NCBI GenBank assembly: GCA_950097015.1
Contig: CATNEN010000024.1
Coordinates: 6,200,001-6,264,000, forward strand
Origin: Macrostomum hystrix
Taxonomy: Eukaryota; Animalia; Platyhelminthes
Direction: 5' to 3'
DNA: 64,000 nt
How positions within the stretch are numbered: the stretch's first letter is position 1; every line of letters begins with the position of its first letter. The notes under the pieces are model-generated. The model was not told the DNA's origin, ran no database searches, and saw only the letters and a list, made by a program, of their open reading frames with translations. Below, one piece after another: positions 24,901 through 39,751 of this stretch. Both the position numbers and the translations under genes were made by a program.

Positions 24901-27900
24901 AGTATCAGAAGACATTGAGTATCAGAATACATTGAGTATCAGAAGGCATTGAGTATCAGAAGGCATTGAGAAGACATTGAGTATCAGAAGACATTGAGTA
25001 TCAGAAGGCATTGAGTATTAGAAGATATTGAGAAGACATTGAGTATCAGAAGGCATTGAGAAGACATTGAGTATCAGAAGACATTGAGTATCCGAAGACA
25101 TTGAGAAGACATTGAGTATCAGAAGACATTGAGTATCCGAAGACATTGAGAAGACATTGAGTATCAGAAGACATTGAGTATCAGAAGACATTGAGAAGAC
25201 ATTGAGTATCAGAAGACATTGAGTATCAGAAGATATTGAGAAGGCATTGAGTATCAGAAGACATTGAGAAGACATTGAGTATCAGAAGGCATTGAGTATC
25301 AGAAGATATTGAGAAGGCATTGAGTATCAGAAGATATTGAGAAGGCATTGAGTATCAGAAGATATTGAGAAGGCATTGAGTATCAGAAGATATTGAGAAG
25401 GCATTGAGTATCAGAAGACATTGAGAAGACATTGAGTATCAGAAGGCATTGAGTATCGGAAGATATTGAGAAGGCATTGAGTATCAGAGGGCATTGAGAA
25501 GACATTGAGTATCAGAAGAAATTGAGTATTAGAAGATATTGAGAAGACATTGAGTATCAGAAGGCATTGAGAAGACATTGAGTATCAGAAGACATTGAGT
25601 ATCCGAAGACATTGAGAAGACATTGAGTATCAGAAGACATTGAGTATCCGAAGACATTGAGAAGACATTGAGAATCAGAAGACATTGAGTATCAGAAGGC
25701 ATTGAGTATCAGAAGATATTGAGAAGGCATTGAGTATCAGAAGACATTGAGAAGACATTGAGTATCAGAAGATATTGAGAAGGCATTGAGTATCAGAAGA
25801 CATTGAGAAGACATTGAGTATCAGAAGGCATTGAGTATCAGAAGATATTGAGAAGGCATTGAGTATCAGAAGATATTGAGAAGGCATTGAGTATCAGAAG
25901 ATATTGAGAAGGCATTGAGTATCAGAAGACATTGAGAAGACATTGAGTATCAGAAGGCATTGAGTATCGGAAGATATTGAGAAGGCATTGAGTATCAGAG
26001 GGCATTGAGAAGACATTGAGTATCAGAAGACATTGAGTATCAGAAGACATTGAGTATCAGAAGACATTGAGTATCAGAAGACATTGAGTATCAGAAGACA
26101 TTGAGTATCAGAAGGCATTGAGTATCAGAAGACATTGAGTATCAGAAGACATTGAGTATCAGAAGACATTGAGTATCAGAAGACATTGAGTATCAGAAGA
26201 CATTGAGTATCAGAAGACATTGAGTATCAGAAGACATTGAGTATCAGAAGGCATTGAGTATCAGAAGGCATTGAGTATCAGAAGACATTGAGTATCAGAA
26301 GACATTGAGTATCAGAAGACATTGAGTATCAGATGACATTAAGTATCAGAAGACATTGAGTATCAGAAGACATTGAGTATCAGAAGACATTGAGTATCAG
26401 AAGACATTGAGTATCAGAAGACATTGAGTATCAGAAGGCATTGAGTATCCGAAGACATTGAGAAGACATTGAGTATCAGAAGGCATTGAGAAGACATTGA
26501 GTATCAGAAGACATTGAGTATCAGAAGACATTGAGTATCAGAAGGCATTGAGTATCCGAAGACATTGAGAAGACATTGAGTATCAGAAGGCATTGAGAAG
26601 ACATTGAGTATCAGAAGGCATTGAGTATCGGAAGATATTGAGAAGGCATTGAGTATCAGAGGGCATTGAGAAGACATTGAGTATCAGAAGACATTGAGTA
26701 TCAGAAGACATTGAGTATCAGAAGACATTGAGTATCAGAAGACATTGAGTATCAGAAGACATTGAGTATCAGAAGGCATTGAGTATCAGAAGACATTGAG
26801 TATCAGAAGACATTGAGTATCAGAAGACATTGAGTATCAGAAGACATTGAGTATCAGAAGACATTGAGTATCAGAAGACATTGAGTATCAGAAGACATTG
26901 AGTATCAGAAGGCATTGAGTATCAGAAGGCATTGAGTATCAGAAGACATTGAGTATCAGAAGACATTGAGTATCAGAAGACATTGAGTATCAGATGACAT
27001 TAAGTATCAGAAGACATTGAGTATCAGAAGACATTGAGTATCAGAAGACATTGAGTATCAGAAGACATTGAGTATCAGAAGACATTGAGTATCAGAAGGC
27101 ATTGAGTATCCGAAGACATTGAGAAGACATTGAGTATCAGAAGGCATTGAGAAGACATTGAGTATCAGAAGACATTGAGTATCAGAAGACATTGAGTATC
27201 AGAAGGCATTGAGTATCCGAAGACATTGAGAAGACATTGAGTATCAGAAGGCATTGAGAAGACATTGAGTATCAGAAGGCATTGAGTATCAGAAGGCATT
27301 GAGAAGACATTGAGTATCAGAAGGCATTGAGAAGACATTGAGTATCAGAAGACATTAAGAAGACATTGAGTATCAGAAGACATTGAGTATCAGAAGGCAT
27401 TGAGTATCAGAAGACATTGAGTATCAGAAGACATTGAGTATCAGAAGACATTGAGTATCAGAAGGCATTGAGTATCAGAAGACATTGAGTATCAGAAGAC
27501 ATTGAGTATCAGAAGGCATTGAGTATCAGAAGACATTGAGTATCAGAAGACATTGAGTATCAGAAGGCATTGAGTATCAGAAGACATTGAGTATCAGAAT
27601 ACATTGAGTATCAGAAGGCATTGAGAAGACATTGAGTATCAGAATACATTGAGTATCAGAAGGCATTGAGAAGACATTGAGTATCAGAAGACATTGAGTA
27701 TCAGAATACATTGAGTATCAGAAGACATTGAGTATCAGAATACATTGAGTATCAGAAGGCATTGAGAAGACATTGAGTATCAGAAGACATTGAGTATCAG
27801 AATACATTGAGTATCAGAAGACATTGAGTATCAGAATACATTGAGTATCAGAATACATTGAGTATCAGAAGGCATTGAGAAGACATTGAGTATCAGAAGA

Positions 27901-30900
27901 CATTGAGTATCAGAAGACATTGAGTATCAGAATACATTGAGTATCAGAATACATTGAGTATCAGAAGGCATTGAGAAGACATTGAGTATCAGAAGACATT
28001 GAGTATCAGAAGACATTGAGTATCAGAATACATTGAGTATCAGAAGGCATTGAGTATCAGAAGGCATTGAGAAGACATTGAGTATCAGAAGACATTGAGT
28101 ATCAGAAGGCATTGAGTATCAGAAGGCATTGAGAAGACATTGAGTATCAGAAGACATTGAGTATCAGAAGGCATTGAGTATCAGAAGACATTGAGTATCA
28201 GAAGACATTGAGTATCAGAAGACATTGAGTATCAGAAGACATTGAGTATCAGAAGGCATTGAGAAGACATTGAGTATCAGAAGACATTGAGTATCAGAAG
28301 GCATTGAGTATCAGAAGGCATTGAGAAGACATTGAGTATCAGAAGACATTGAGAAGACATTGAGTATCGGAAGACATTGAGAAGACATTGAGTATCAGAA
28401 GACATTGAGTATCGGAAGACATTGAGAAGACATTGAGTATCAGAAGACATTGGGTATCGGAAGACATTGAGAAGACATTGAGTATCAGAAGACATTGAGT
28501 ATCGGAAGACATTGAGAAGACATTGAGTATCAGAAGACATTGGGTATCGGAAGACATTGAGAAGACATTGAGTATCAGAAGACATTGAGTATCGGAAGAC
28601 ATTGAGAAGACATTGAGTATCAGAAGACATTGAGTATCAGAATACATTGAGTATCAGAAGGCATTGAGTATCAGAAGGCATTGAGAAGACATTGAGTATC
28701 AGAAGACATTGAGTATCAGAAGGCATTGAGTATTAGAAGATATTGAGAAGACATTGAGTATCAGAAGGCATTGAGAAGACATTGAGTATCAGAAGACATT
28801 GAGTATCCGAAGACATTGAGAAGACATTGAGTATCAGAAGACATTGAGTATCCGAAGACATTGAGAAGACATTGAGTATCAGAAGACATTGAGTATCAGA
28901 AGACATTGAGAAGACATTGAGTATCAGAAGACATTGAGTATCAGAAGATATTGAGAAGGCATTGAGTATCAGAAGACATTGAGAAGACATTGAGTATCAG
29001 AAGGCATTGAGTATCAGAAGATATTGAGAAGGCATTGAGTATCAGAAGATATTGAGAAGGCATTGAGTATCAGAAGATATTGAGAAGGCATTGAGTATCA
29101 GAAGATATTGAGAAGGCATTGAGTATCAGAAGACATTGAGAAGACATTGAGTATCAGAAGGCATTGAGTATCGGAAGATATTGAGAAGGCATTGAGTATC
29201 AGAGGGCATTTAGAAGACATTGAGTATCAGAAGAAATTGAGTATTAGAAGATATTGAGAAGACATTGAGTATCAGAAGGCATTGAGAAGACATTGAGTAT
29301 CAGAAGACATTGAGTATCCGAAGACATTGAGAAGACATTGAGTATCAGAAGACATTGAGTATCCGAAGACATTGAGAAGACATTGAGAATCAGAAGACAT
29401 TGAGTATCAGAAGGCATTGAGTATCAGAAGATATTGAGAAGGCATTGAGTATCAGAAGACATTGAGAAGACATTGAGTATCAGAAGACATTGAGTATCAG
29501 AAGATATTGAGAAGGCATTGAGTATCAGAAGACATTGAGAAGACATTGAGTATCAGAAGGCATTGAGTATCAGAAGATATTGAGAAGGCATTGAGTATCA
29601 GAAGATATTGAGAAGGCATTGAGTATCAGAAGATATTGAGAAGGCATTGAGTATCAGAAGACATTGAGAAGACATTGAGTATCAGAAGGCATTGAGTATC
29701 GGAAGATATTGAGAAGGCATTGAGTATCAGAGGGCATTGAGAAGACATTGAGTATCAGAAGACATTGAGTATCAGAAGACATTGAGTATCAGAAGACATT
29801 GAGTATCAGAAGACATTGAGTATCAGAAGACATTGAGTATCAGAAGGCATTGAGTATCAGAAGACATTGAGTATCAAAAGACATTGAGTATCAGAAGACA
29901 TTGAGTATCAGAAGACATTGAGTATCAGAAGACATTGAGTATCAGAAGACATTGAGTATCAGAAGACATTGAGTATCAGAAGGCATTGAGTATCAGAAGG
30001 CATTGAGTATCAGAAGACATTGAGTATCAGAAGACATTGAGTATCAGAAGACATTGAGTATCAGAAGACATTGAGTATCAGAAGACATTGAGTATTAGAA
30101 GACATTGAGTATTAGAAGACATTGAGTATCAGAAGACATTGAGTATCAGAAGACATTGAGAAGACATTGAGTATCAGAAGACATTGAGTATCAGAAGGCA
30201 TTGAGTATCAGAAGATATTGAGAAGGCATTGAGTATCAGAAGACATTGAGTATTAGAAGACATTGAGTATCAGAAGACATTGAGTATCAGAAGACATTGA
30301 GTATCAGAAGACATTGAGTATCAGAAGACATTGAGTATCAGAAGACATTGAGTATCAGAAGGCATTGAGTATCAGAAGACATTGAGTATCAGAAGACATT
30401 GAGTATCAGAAGACATTGAGAAGACATTGAGTATCAGAAGACATTGAGTATCAGAAGACATTGAGAAGACATTGAGTATCAGAAGACATTGAGTATCAGA
30501 AGACATTAAGAAGACATTGAGTATCAGAAGACATTGAGTATCAGAAGACATTGAGTATCAGAATACATTGAGTATCAGAAGACATTGAGTATCCGAAGAC
30601 ATTGAGTATCAGAAGGCATTGAGTATCAGAAGGCATTGAGAAGACATTGAGTATCAGAAGGCATTGAGTATCAGAAGACATTGAGAAGACATTGAGTATC
30701 AGAAGACATTGAGTATCAGAAGACATTAAGAAGACATTGAGTATCAGAAGACATTGAGAAGACATTGAGTATCAGAAGGCATTGAGAAGACATTGAGTAT
30801 CAGAAGGCATTGAATATCAGAAGGCATTGAGAAGACATTGAGTATCAGAAGGCATTGAGAAGACATTGAGTATCAGAAGACATTGAGTATCAGAAGACAT

Positions 30901-33900
30901 TGAGTATCAGAAGACATTGAGTATCAGATGACATTAAGTATCAGAAGACATTGAGTATCAGAAGACATTGAGTATCAGAAGACATTGAGTATCAGAAGAC
31001 ATTGAGTATCAGAAGACATTGAGTATCAGAAGGCATTGAGTATCCGAAGACATTGAGAAGACATTGAGTATCAGAAGGCATTGAGAAGACATTGAGTATC
31101 AGAAGACATTGAGTATCAGAAGACATTGAGTATCAGAAGGCATTGAGTATCCGAAGACATTGAGAAGACATTGAGTATCAGAAGGCATTGAGAAGACATT
31201 GAGTATCAGAAGGCATTGAGTATCAGAAGGCATTGAGAAGACATTGAGTATCAGAAGGCATTGAGAAGACATTGAGTATCAGAAGACATTAAGAAGACAT
31301 TGAGTATCAGAAGACATTGAGTATCAGAAGGCATTGAGTATCAGAAGACATTGAGTATCAGAAGACATTGAGTATCAGAAGACATTGAGTATCAGAAGGC
31401 ATTGAGTATCAGAAGACATTGAGTATCAGAAGACATTGAGTATCAGAAGGCATTGAGTATCAGAAGACATTGAGTATCAGAAGACATTGAGTATCAGAAG
31501 GCATTGAGTATCAGAAGACATTGAGTATCAGAATACATTGAGTATCAGAAGGCATTGAGAAGACATTGAGTATCAGAATACATTGAGTATCAGAAGGCAT
31601 TGAGAAGACATTGAGTATCAGAAGACATTGAGTATCAGAATACATTGAGTATCAGAAGACATTGAGTATCAGAATACATTGAGTATCAGAAGGCATTGAG
31701 AAGACATTGAGTATCAGAAGACATTGAGTATCAGAATACATTGAGTATCAGAAGACATTGAGTATCAGAATACATTGAGTATCAGAATACATTGAGTATC
31801 AGAAGGCATTGAGAAGACATTGAGTATCAGAAGACATTGAGTATCAGAAGACATTGAGTATCAGAATACATTGAGTATCAGAATACATTGAGTATCAGAA
31901 GGCATTGAGAAGACATTGAGTATCAGAAGACATTGAGTATCAGAAGACATTGAGTATCAGAATACATTGAGTATCAGAAGGCATTGAGTATCAGAAGGCA
32001 TTGAGAAGACATTGAGTATCAGAAGACATTGAGTATCAGAAGGCATTGAGTATCAGAAGGCATTGAGAAGACATTGAGTATCAGAAGACATTGAGTATCA
32101 GAAGGCATTGAGTATCAGAAGACATTGAGTATCAGAAGACATTGAGTATCAGAAGACATTGAGTATCAGAAGACATTGAGTATCAGAAGGCATTGAGAAG
32201 ACATTGAGTATCAGAAGACATTGAGTATCAGAAGGCATTGAGTATCAGAAGGCATTGAGAAGACATTGAGTATCAGAAGACATTGAGAAGACATTGAGTA
32301 TCGGAAGACATTGAGAAGACATTGAGTATCAGAAGACATTGAGTATCGGAAGACATTGAGAAGACATTGAGTATCAGAAGACATTGGGTATCGGAAGACA
32401 TTGAGAAGACATTGAGTATCAGAAGACATTGAGTATCGGAAGACATTGAGAAGACATTGAGTATCAGAAGACATTGGGTATCGGAAGACATTGAGAAGAC
32501 ATTGAGTATCAGAAGACATTGAGTATCGGAAGACATTGAGAAGACATTGAGTATCAGAAGACATTGAGTATCAGAATACATTGAGTATCAGAAGGCATTG
32601 AGTATCAGAAGGCATTGAGAAGACATTGAGTATCAGAAGACATTGAGTATCAGAAGGCATTGAGTATTAGAAGATATTGAGAAGACATTGAGTATCAGAA
32701 GGCATTGAGAAGACATTGAGTATCAGAAGACATTGAGTATCCGAAGACATTGAGAAGACATTGAGTATCAGAAGACATTGAGTATCCGAAGACATTGAGA
32801 AGACATTGAGTATCAGAAGACATTGAGTATCAGAAGACATTGAGAAGACATTGAGTATCAGAAGACATTGAGTATCAGAAGATATTGAGAAGGCATTGAG
32901 TATCAGAAGACATTGAGAAGACATTGAGTATCAGAAGGCATTGAGTATCAGAAGATATTGAGAAGGCATTGAGTATCAGAAGATATTGAGAAGGCATTGA
33001 GTATCAGAAGATATTGAGAAGGCATTGAGTATCAGAAGATATTGAGAAGGCATTGAGTATCAGAAGACATTGAGAAGACATTGAGTATCAGAAGGCATTG
33101 AGTATCGGAAGATATTGAGAAGGCATTGAGTATCAGAGGGCATTGAGAAGACATTGAGTATCAGAAGAAATTGAGTATTAGAAGATATTGAGAAGACATT
33201 GAGTATCAGAAGGCATTGAGAAGACATTGAGTATCAGAAGACATTGAGTATCCGAAGACATTGAGAAGACATTGAGTATCAGAAGACATTGAGTATCCGA
33301 AGACATTGAGAAGACATTGAGAATCAGAAGACATTGAGTATCAGAAGGCATTGAGTATCAGAAGATATTGAGAAGGCATTGAGTATCAGAAGACATTGAG
33401 AAGACATTGAGTATCAGAAGACATTGAGTATCAGAAGATATTGAGAAGGCATTGAGTATCAGAAGACATTGAGAAGACATTGAGTATCAGAAGGCATTGA
33501 GTATCAGAAGATATTGAGAAGGCATTGAGTATCAGAAGATATTGAGAAGGCATTGAGTATCAGAAGATATTGAGAAGGCATTGAGTATCAGAAGACATTG
33601 AGAAGACATTGAGTATCAGAAGGCATTGAGTATCAGAAGATATTGAGAAGGCATTGAGTATCAGAAGATATTGAGAAGGCATTGAGTATCAGAAGATATT
33701 GAGAAGGCATTGAGTATCAGAAGATATTGAGAAGGCATTGAGTATCAGAAGACATTGAGAAGACATTGAGTATCAGAAGGCATTGAGTATCGGAAGATAT
33801 TGAGAAGGCATTGAGTATCAGAGGGCATTGAGAAGACATTGAGTATCAGAAGACATTGAGTATCAGAAGACATTGAGTATCAGAAGACATTGAGTATCAG

Positions 33901-36900
33901 AAGACATTGAGTATCAGAAGACATTGAGTATCAGAAGGCATTGAGTATCAGAAGACATTGAGTATCAGAAGACATTGAGTATCAGAAGACATTGAGTATC
34001 AGAAGACATTGAGTATCAGAAGACATTGAGTATTAGAAGACATTGAGTATTAGAAGACATTGAGTATCAGAAGACATTGAGTATCAGAAGACATTGAGTA
34101 TCAGAAGACATTGAGAAGACATTGAGTATCAGAAGACATTGAGTATCAGAAGGCATTGAGTATCAGAAGATATTGAGAAGGCATTGAGTATCAGAAGACA
34201 TTGAGTATTAGAAGACATTGAGTATCAGAAGACATTGAGTATCAGAAGACATTGAGTATCAGAAGACATTGAGTATCAGAAGACATTGAGTATCAGAAGA
34301 CATTGAGTATCAGAAGGCATTGAGTATCAGAAGACATTGAGTATCAGAAGACATTGAGTATCAGAAGACATTGAGAAGACATTGAGTATCAGAAGACATT
34401 GAGTATCAGAAGACATTGAGAAGACATTGAGTATCAGAAGACATTGAGTATCAGAAGACATTAAGAAGACATTGAGTATCAGAAGACATTGAGTATCAGA
34501 AGACATTGAGTATCAGAATACATTGAGTATCAGAAGACATTGAGTATCCGAAGACATTGAGTATCAGAAGGCATTGAGTATCAGAAGGCATTGAGAAGAC
34601 ATTGAGTATCAGAAGGCATTGAGTATCAGAAGACATTGAGAAGACATTGAGTATCAGAAGACATTGAGTATCAGAAGACATTAAGAAGACATTGAGTATC
34701 AGAAGACATTGAGTATCAGAAGACATTGAGAAGACATTGAGTATCAGAAGGCATTGAGAAGACATTGAGTATCAGAAGGCATTGAATATCAGAAGGCATT
34801 GAGAAGACATTGAGTATCAGAAGGCATTGAGAAGACATTGAGTATCAGAAGACATTGAGTATCAGAAGACATTGAGTATCAGAAGACATTGAGTATCAGA
34901 TGACATTAAGTATCAGAAGACATTGAGTATCAGAAGACATTGAGTATCAGAAGACATTGAGTATCAGAAGACATTGAGTATCAGAAGACATTGAGTATCA
35001 GAAGGCATTGAGTATCCGAAGACATTGAGAAGACATTGAGTATCAGAAGGCATTGAGAAGACATTGAGTATCAGAAGACATTGAGTATCAGAAGACATTG
35101 AGTATCAGAAGGCATTGAGTATCCGAAGACATTGAGAAGACATTGAGTATCAGAAGGCATTGAGAAGACATTGAGTATCAGAAGGCATTGAGTATCAGAA
35201 GGCATTGAGAAGACATTGAGTATCAGAAGGCATTGAGAAGACATTGAGTATCAGAAGACATTAAGAAGACATTGAGTATCAGAAGACATTGAGTATCAGA
35301 AGGCATTGAGTATCAGAAGACATTGAGTATCAGAAGACATTGAGTATCAGAAGACATTGAGTATCAGAAGGCATTGAGTATCAGAAGACATTGAGTATCA
35401 GAAGACATTGAGTATCAGAAGGCATTGAGTATCAGAAGACATTGAGTATCAGAAGACATTGAGTATCAGAAGGCATTGAGTATCAGAAGACATTGAGTAT
35501 CAGAATACATTGAGTATCAGAAGGCATTGAGAAGACATTGAGTATCAGAATACATTGAGTATCAGAAGGCATTGAGAAGACATTGAGTATCAGAAGACAT
35601 TGAGTATCAGAATACATTGAGTATCAGAAGACATTGAGTATCAGAATACATTGAGTATCAGAAGGCATTGAGAAGACATTGAGTATCAGAAGACATTGAG
35701 TATCAGAATACATTGAGTATCAGAAGACATTGAGTATCAGAATACATTGAGTATCAGAATACATTGAGTATCAGAAGGCATTGAGAAGACATTGAGTATC
35801 AGAAGACATTGAGTATCAGAAGACATTGAGTATCAGAATACATTGAGTATCAGAATACATTGAGTATCAGAAGGCATTGAGAAGACATTGAGTATCAGAA
35901 GACATTGAGTATCAGAAGACATTGAGTATCAGAATACATTGAGTATCAGAAGGCATTGAGTATCAGAAGGCATTGAGAAGACATTGAGTATCAGAAGACA
36001 TTGAGTATCAGAAGGCATTGAGTATCAGAAGGCATTGAGAAGACATTGAGTATCAGAAGACATTGAGTATCAGAAGGCATTGAGTATCAGAAGACATTGA
36101 GTATCAGAAGACATTGAGTATCAGAAGACATTGAGTATCAGAAGACATTGAGTATCAGAAGGCATTGAGAAGACATTGAGTATCAGAAGACATTGAGTAT
36201 CAGAAGGCATTGAGTATCAGAAGGCATTGAGAAGACATTGAGTATCAGAAGACATTGAGAAGACATTGAGTATCGGAAGACATTGAGAAGACATTGAGTA
36301 TCAGAAGACATTGAGTATCGGAAGACATTGAGAAGACATTGAGTATCAGAAGACATTGGGTATCGGAAGACATTGAGAAGACATTGAGTATCAGAAGACA
36401 TTGAGTATCGGAAGACATTGAGAAGACATTGAGTATCAGAAGACATTGGGTATCGGAAGACATTGAGAAGACATTGAGTATCAGAAGACATTGAGTATCG
36501 GAAGACATTGAGAAGACATTGAGTATCAGAAGACATTGAGTATCAGAATACATTGAGTATCAGAAGGCATTGAGTATCAGAAGGCATTGAGAAGACATTG
36601 AGTATCAGAAGACATTGAGTATCAGAAGGCATTGAGTATTAGAAGATATTGAGAAGACATTGAGTATCAGAAGGCATTGAGAAGACATTGAGTATCAGAA
36701 GACATTGAGTATCCGAAGACATTGAGAAGACATTGAGTATCAGAAGACATTGAGTATCCGAAGACATTGAGAAGACATTGAGTATCAGAAGACATTGAGT
36801 ATCAGAAGACATTGAGAAGACATTGAGTATCAGAAGACATTGAGTATCAGAAGATATTGAGAAGGCATTGAGTATCAGAAGACATTGAGAAGACATTGAG

Positions 36901-39632
36901 TATCAGAAGGCATTGAGTATCAGAAGATATTGAGAAGGCATTGAGTATCAGAAGATATTGAGAAGGCATTGAGTATCAGAAGATATTGAGAAGGCATTGA
37001 GTATCAGAAGATATTGAGAAGGCATTGAGTATCAGAAGACATTGAGAAGACATTGAGTATCAGAAGGCATTGAGTATCGGAAGATATTGAGAAGGCATTG
37101 AGTATCAGAGGGCATTGAGAAGACATTGAGTATCAGAAGAAATTGAGTATTAGAAGATATTGAGAAGACATTGAGTATCAGAAGGCATTGAGAAGACATT
37201 GAGTATCAGAAGACATTGAGTATCCGAAGACATTGAGAAGACATTGAGTATCAGAAGACATTGAGTATCCGAAGACATTGAGAAGACATTGAGAATCAGA
37301 AGACATTGAGTATCAGAAGGCATTGAGTATCAGAAGATATTGAGAAGGCATTGAGTATCAGAAGACATTGAGAAGACATTGAGTATCAGAAGACATTGAG
37401 TATCAGAAGATATTGAGAAGGCATTGAGTATCAGAAGACATTGAGAAGACATTGAGTATCAGAAGGCATTGAGTATCAGAAGATATTGAGAAGGCATTGA
37501 GTATCAGAAGATATTGAGAAGGCATTGAGTATCAGAAGATATTGAGAAGGCATTGAGTATCAGAAGACATTGAGAAGACATTGAGTATCAGAAGGCATTG
37601 AGTATCAGAAGATATTGAGAAGGCATTGAGTATCAGAAGATATTGAGAAGGCATTGAGTATCAGAAGATATTGAGAAGGCATTGAGTATCAGAAGATATT
37701 GAGAAGGCATTGAGTATCAGAAGACATTGAGAAGACATTGAGTATCAGAAGGCATTGAGTATCGGAAGATATTGAGAAGGCATTGAGTATCAGAGGGCAT
37801 TGAGAAGACATTGAGTATCAGAAGAAATTGAGTATTAGAAGATATTGAGAAGACATTGAGTATCAGAAGGCATTGAGAAGACATTGAGTATCAGAAGACA
37901 TTGAGTATCCGAAGACATTGAGAAGACATTGAGTATCAGAAGACATTGAGTATCCGAAGACATTGAGAAGACATTGAGAATCAGAAGACATTGAGTATCA
38001 GAAGGCATTGAGTATCAGAAGATATTGAGAAGGCATTGAGTATCAGAAGACATTGAGAAGACATTGAGTATCAGAAGACATTGAGTATCAGAAGATATTG
38101 AGAAGGCATTGAGTATCAGAAGACATTGAGAAGACATTGAGTATCAGAAGGCATTGAGTATCAGAAGATATTGAGAAGGCATTGAGTATCAGAAGATATT
38201 GAGAAGGCATTGAGTATCAGAAGATATTGAGAAGGCATTGAGTATCAGAAGACATTGAGAAGACATTGAGTATCAGAAGGCATTGAGTATCAGAAGATAT
38301 TGAGAAGGCATTGAGTATCAGAAGATATTGAGAAGGCATTGAGTATCAGAAGATATTGAGAAGGCATTGAGTATCAGAAGATATTGAGAAGGCATTGAGT
38401 ATCAGAAGACATTGAGAAGACATTGAGTATCAGAAGGCATTGAGTATCGGAAGATATTGAGAAGGCATTGAGTATCAGAGGGCATTGAGAAGACATTGAG
38501 TATCAGAAGACATTGAGTATCAGAAGACATTGAGTATCAGAAGACATTGAGTATCAGAAGACATTGAGTATCAGAAGACATTGAGTATCAGAAGGCATTG
38601 AGTATCAGAAGACATTGAGTATCAGAAGACATTGAGTATCAGAAGACATTGAGTATCAGAAGACATTGAGTATCAGAAGACATTGAGTATCAGAAGACAT
38701 TGAGTATCAGAAGACATTGAGTATCAGAAGGCATTGAGTATCAGAAGGCATTGAGTATCAGAAGACATTGAGTATCAGAAGACATTGAGTATCAGAAGAC
38801 ATTGAGTATCAGAAGACATTGAGTATCAGAAGACATTGAGTATTAGAAGACATTGAGTATTAGAAGACATTGAGTATCAGAAGACATTGAGTATCAGAAG
38901 ACATTGAGTATCAGAAGACATTGAGTATCAGAAGACATTGAGTATCAGAAGGCATTGAGTATCAGAAGACATTGAGTATTAGAAGACATTGAGTATTAGA
39001 AGACATTGAGTATCAGAAGACATTGAGTATCAGAAGACATTGAGTATCAGAAGACATTGAGTATCAGAAGACATTGAGTATCAGAAGACATTGAGTATTA
39101 GAAGACATTGAGTATCAGAAGACATTGAGTATTAGAAGACATTGAGAAGACATTGAGTATCAGAAGACATTGAGTATCAGAAAACATTGAGTGTCAGAAG
39201 GCATTGAGTATCAGAAGACATTGAGTATCAGAAGACATTGAGTATCAGAAGACATTGAGTATCAGAAGACATTGAGTATCAGAAGACATTGAGTATCAGA
39301 AGACATTGAGTATCAGAAGACATTGAGTATCAGAAGACATTGAGTATCAGAAGACATTGAGTATCAGAAGACATTGAGTATCAGAAGACATTGAGTATCA
39401 GAAGACATTGAGTATCAGAAGACATTGAGTATCAGAAGACATTGAGTATTAGAAGACATTGAGAAGACATTGAGTATCAGAAGACATTGAGTATTAGAAG
39501 ACATTGAGTATCAGAAGACATTGAGTATTAGAAGACATTGAGAAGACATTGAGTATCAGAAGACATTGAGTATTAGAAGACATTGAGTATCAGAAGACAT
39601 TGAGTATTAGAAGACATTGAGTATTAGAAGAC
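12923..39632. repeat. 26.7-kb satellite array of 17-bp monomers plus 11-bp deletion variants, with higher-order repeats
   Basis: Monomer CATTGAGTATCAGAAGA, variant CATTGAGAAGA. Diagnostic variants (GGGTATCGG, AGAGGGCATT, AGAAATTG, GAGAATCAG, GATGACATTAAG) recur in fixed order at kb periodicity. Confidence 0.98.
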
Positions 39633-39751
39633 GTCAGCTAGCTGTGGCGCGTGTAATCAGGCGCCTCAACATCAATATATTGCTTCTTTCTCGTAGTGTA
39701 TTTTTTAGTTTTTTTTATCTCAGCGCCAGTTTCTAAGAAATTTTCAGCCGC

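Noticed and set aside
15120-38460. CGGAAG (ETS core) in satellite variant monomers next to an ETS gene
   Set aside because: It arises from a single A>G change in a minority of monomers and the flanks do not fit the ETS consensus, so it is probably coincidence.
12923-39632. Dozens of MSSDTQCLL... ORFs, and a possible CRISPR-like array
   Set aside because: These are translations of the satellite monomer. There are no unique spacers and no cas genes, and the context is eukaryotic.
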